DNA from: a phage
Strand: one strand, 5' to 3'
Length of the DNA: 862 bases
Sequence record: AF039873.1
Shown here: one piece after another, positions 1 to 862 of the stretch
Layout of the letters: each line of letters begins with the position of its first letter
How positions within the stretch are numbered: position 1 is the stretch's first letter
Notes under the pieces: generated by a model
Told to the model about the DNA's origin: nothing
The model's database searches: none
What the model saw: the letters and a program-made list of their open reading frames with translations, nothing else
Program-made: the position numbers and the translations under genes

Positions 1-5
1 TACCG

Positions 6-320
6 TCAGTGCGTTAAAACCACAGCGTACCCTGAAACACGGATAGTTAATTGAGGGTATTTTTCAGGATGTTTCTGTGCATCCAAAAGCTGATCACGAC
101 TTAACACATTGACATTTAGGTGTTGACCACCTTCAATTTGAGGGGCGACTTCCACTTTGACTTCACGAAAGGATTCGGGGTCAAAATGAGGTGTAATACC
201 TTCTAGATCTTCAACTAGAACTTTTTGTTTAAGTTCACCATCTTTAGAATATAATTGAGTAATCTGATTATTATGAACAATATTAATTACGCCAGATTTA
301 AGATTTTGATACGCTTTCAT
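6..320 (-). CDS. grcA: GrcA/YfiD-like autonomous glycyl radical cofactor (pyruvate formate-lyase C-terminal glycyl-radical domain protein), 104 aa, unusually short C-terminus
   Basis: Minus-strand ORF from the six-frame track. The segment [11 protein letters not shown]...[18 protein letters not shown] matches, from memory, the conserved glycyl-radical domain of E. coli GrcA and the PflB C-terminus, including the RVSGY signature (Gly codon at 30-32). Start placed at ATG 318-320 (Met26 of the track ORF) because AGGAG sits 5 nt upstream and 334-395 is occupied by a tRNA. Alternative starts GTG 393-395 and ATG 387-389 lack a convincing RBS. Stop TGA at 6-8. Confidence 0.85.
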   Translation of the reverse strand: MKAYQNLKSGVINIVHNNQITQLYSKDGELKQKVLVEDLEGITPHFDPESFREVKVEVAPQIEGGQHLNVNVLSRDQLLDAQKHPEKYPQLTIRVSGYAVVLTH

Positions 321-324
321 TAGA

Positions 325-330
325 TCTCCT
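325..330 (-). promoter_or_regulatory. Shine-Dalgarno (AGGAGA) for the GrcA-like CDS
   Basis: Minus-strand sequence ACC-AGGAG-ATCTA-ATG: AGGAG at 326-330 with a 5-nt spacer to ATG 318-320, beginning 3 nt after the CCA end of the upstream tRNA. Confidence 0.6.
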
Positions 331-333
331 GGT

Positions 334-409
334 TGGTAGTTAGTAGTGGATTTGAACCACTGTAGTCGCTCCGTATGAAGGAGGTGCATAACCACTCTGC
401 CAACTAACT
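334..409 (-). tRNA. tRNA with anticodon CAT (elongator Met, or Ile2 if C34 is lysidine-modified), 76 nt, CCA encoded
   Basis: Hand-folded cloverleaf on the minus strand: acceptor AGTTAGT/ACTAACT (7 perfect bp), D-loop containing GG, anticodon loop TTCATAC (U33, CAT, A37), T-arm AGTGG-TTCAAAT-CCACT (5 perfect bp, canonical T-loop), discriminator A, encoded CCA at 334-336. Irregularities: D-stem has only 3 Watson-Crick pairs (G13.A22) and C.C at 27:43. Not initiator-like: 1:72 is paired and the anticodon stem lacks three consecutive G-C pairs. Confidence 0.8.
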
Positions 410-425
410 ATTATGTTTTACTAGG

Positions 426-453
426 CTAAGTAAGTATTCTTTGTACTCCTTAG
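426..453 (-). other. Hairpin in the 98-nt spacer between the two tRNAs; possible processing or structural element
   Basis: Minus-strand RNA CTAAG-GAGTA / loop CAAAGAA / TACTT-A-CTTAG: about 10 bp including one G.U, with a 1-nt bulge. The same region on the plus strand has an A.C mismatch in place of the G.U, so the structure is better as minus-strand RNA. No U-tract follows it on the minus strand. Confidence 0.3.
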
Positions 454-507
454 ACCAACTAGCTTTTTTAAACTTTCCTGGGACGCATAAGTCTTAATTC
501 CTAGATT

Positions 508-584
508 TGGTACTCCGGGAGGGATTTAAACCCCCGATCTCTCGGTTATCAGCCGAGTGCTTTAGATCGCTAAGCTACCGAAGT
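508..584 (-). tRNA. tRNA-Ile (anticodon GAT), 77 nt, CCA encoded
   Basis: Hand-folded cloverleaf on the minus strand: acceptor ACTTCGG/CCGGAGT (7 bp, one G.U), U8, D-stem GCTT/AAGC, anticodon stem CTCGG/CCGAG (5 perfect bp), anticodon loop CTGATAA (U33, GAT, A37), variable loop AGATC, T-arm GGGGG-TTTAAAT-CCCTC, discriminator A, encoded CCA at 508-510. Confidence 0.85.
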
Positions 585-627
585 ATTAAAATATTACATC
601 ACACACTGTCTAAGTAAGAAGTATAAT

Positions 628-643
628 GGGAACTTAAGTTCCC
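628..643. repeat. Perfect 16-bp palindrome GGGAACTTAAGTTCCC (6-bp stem, 4-nt loop if folded)
   Basis: The sequence equals its own reverse complement. It lies about 45 bp upstream of tRNA-Ile in the minus-strand sense. No U/T-tract follows on either strand, so it is not a canonical intrinsic terminator. Confidence 0.6.
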
Positions 644-834
644 AGCCCTAACTACTTCTACTCAGTTCGAGGTACTTGACGAACACACCATAAATCATCC
701 TAAATCGGGTGCCCTAGCTGGTCATGATCCTTTGGGAAATACCTGTTGGACCGTTACTACTTTAACCCTCAAGCGATCTTACTAATTGTGTAACGAATCC
801 ACCGGTTTTACACACCTCTTGGGTCCCATCATAG

Positions 835-840
835 ATTATA
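835..840 (-). promoter_or_regulatory. Candidate -10 hexamer (TATAAT, within TATATAAT) for minus-strand transcription toward the tRNAs
   Basis: Minus-strand TGATGGTATATAATCTATG contains a perfect TATAAT. The expected -35 position falls at or beyond the window edge, so it cannot be assessed. A perfect hexamer in AT-rich DNA is weak evidence on its own. Confidence 0.2.
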
Positions 841-860
841 TACCATCAATGACGGTGCGA
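841..860. repeat. Right copy of an imperfect direct repeat shared with window positions 1-13
   Basis: 1-13 taccgtca+gtgcg versus 841-860 taccatca+atgacgg+gtgcg+a: 7/8 identity in the first block, 5/5 in the second, with a 7-bp insertion in the right copy. The insertion plus the next base (850-856 tgacggt) is the reverse complement of 2-8 accgtca. Confidence 0.3.
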
Positions 861-862
861 TT

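Noticed and set aside
321-395. N-terminal 25 codons of the track ORF (GTG start at 393-395, or ATG at 387-389)
   Set aside because: Positions 334-395 are inside a well-formed tRNA on the same strand. No Shine-Dalgarno precedes either start, whereas ATG 318-320 has AGGAG at ideal spacing and gives a GrcA-like N-terminal length.
426-469. Plus-strand intrinsic terminator (hairpin 426-453 plus T6 at 464-469)
   Set aside because: The T-run is about 10 nt from the stem, the plus-strand version of the stem has an A.C mismatch, and there is no plus-strand gene to terminate.
585-612. Minus-strand promoter TAGACA-N16-TTTAAT immediately upstream of tRNA-Ile
   Set aside because: The -10 would end 1 nt before the mature tRNA 5' end, placing the transcription start inside the tRNA.
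622-627. Plus-strand TATAAT as a sigma70-type promoter
   Set aside because: No acceptable -35 at 16-18 bp spacing (best candidates match TTGACA at 1-3 of 6 positions) and no plus-strand gene downstream within the window.
628-643. The palindrome as a bidirectional intrinsic terminator
   Set aside because: No U/T-run follows the stem on either strand.
665-690. Plus-strand hairpin GTTCG-N10-CGAAC followed by ACACCA, resembling a tRNA 3' end
   Set aside because: Only 3 nt lie between the stem and CCA, there is no acceptor stem partner, and the loop is 10 nt rather than a 7-nt T-loop.
747-855. Possible third tRNA on the minus strand (acceptor-like pairing CCGTCAT with GTAACGG, discriminator, CCA)
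   Set aside because: The span is 109 nt, with no recognisable T-arm or D-arm and no intron-like features; more likely a long-range stem or coincidence.
585-862. Small ORFs (for example minus-strand MMGPKRCVKPVDSLHN and MIYGVFVKYLELSRSS, plus-strand MILWEIPVGPLLL)
   Set aside because: All are under 20 codons without a properly spaced Shine-Dalgarno; indistinguishable from chance.
1-862. CRISPR array, rRNA, or transposon/IS terminal inverted repeats
   Set aside because: No regularly spaced direct repeats, no rRNA-like sequence, and no transposase or integrase ORF. The short end repeats are reported separately as a low-confidence observation.

Overview
862-bp, AT-rich window dominated by one minus-strand unit, read right to left: an ORF-free ~280-bp region (585-862) with palindromes and -10-like hexamers; two tandem tRNA genes with encoded CCA ends (tRNA-Ile, anticodon GAT, 508-584; a CAT-anticodon tRNA, Met or lysidine-type Ile2, 334-409); a strong Shine-Dalgarno (AGGAG, 326-330) only 3 nt after the second tRNA's CCA; and a small CDS (6-320, 104 aa) encoding a GrcA/YfiD-like autonomous glycyl radical cofactor (pyruvate formate-lyase C-terminal domain, RVSGY motif). 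The supplied ORF 6-395 is over-extended: its first ~21 codons are tRNA sequence. The protein stops only 7 residues after the radical glycine, shorter than canonical GrcA as I recall it. A tRNA array with atypical tRNA features next to an auxiliary metabolic gene suggests a phage origin, but this is inference; no database search was possible. All structures were folded by hand, not with software. No CRISPR, rRNA or mobile-element signatures seen.
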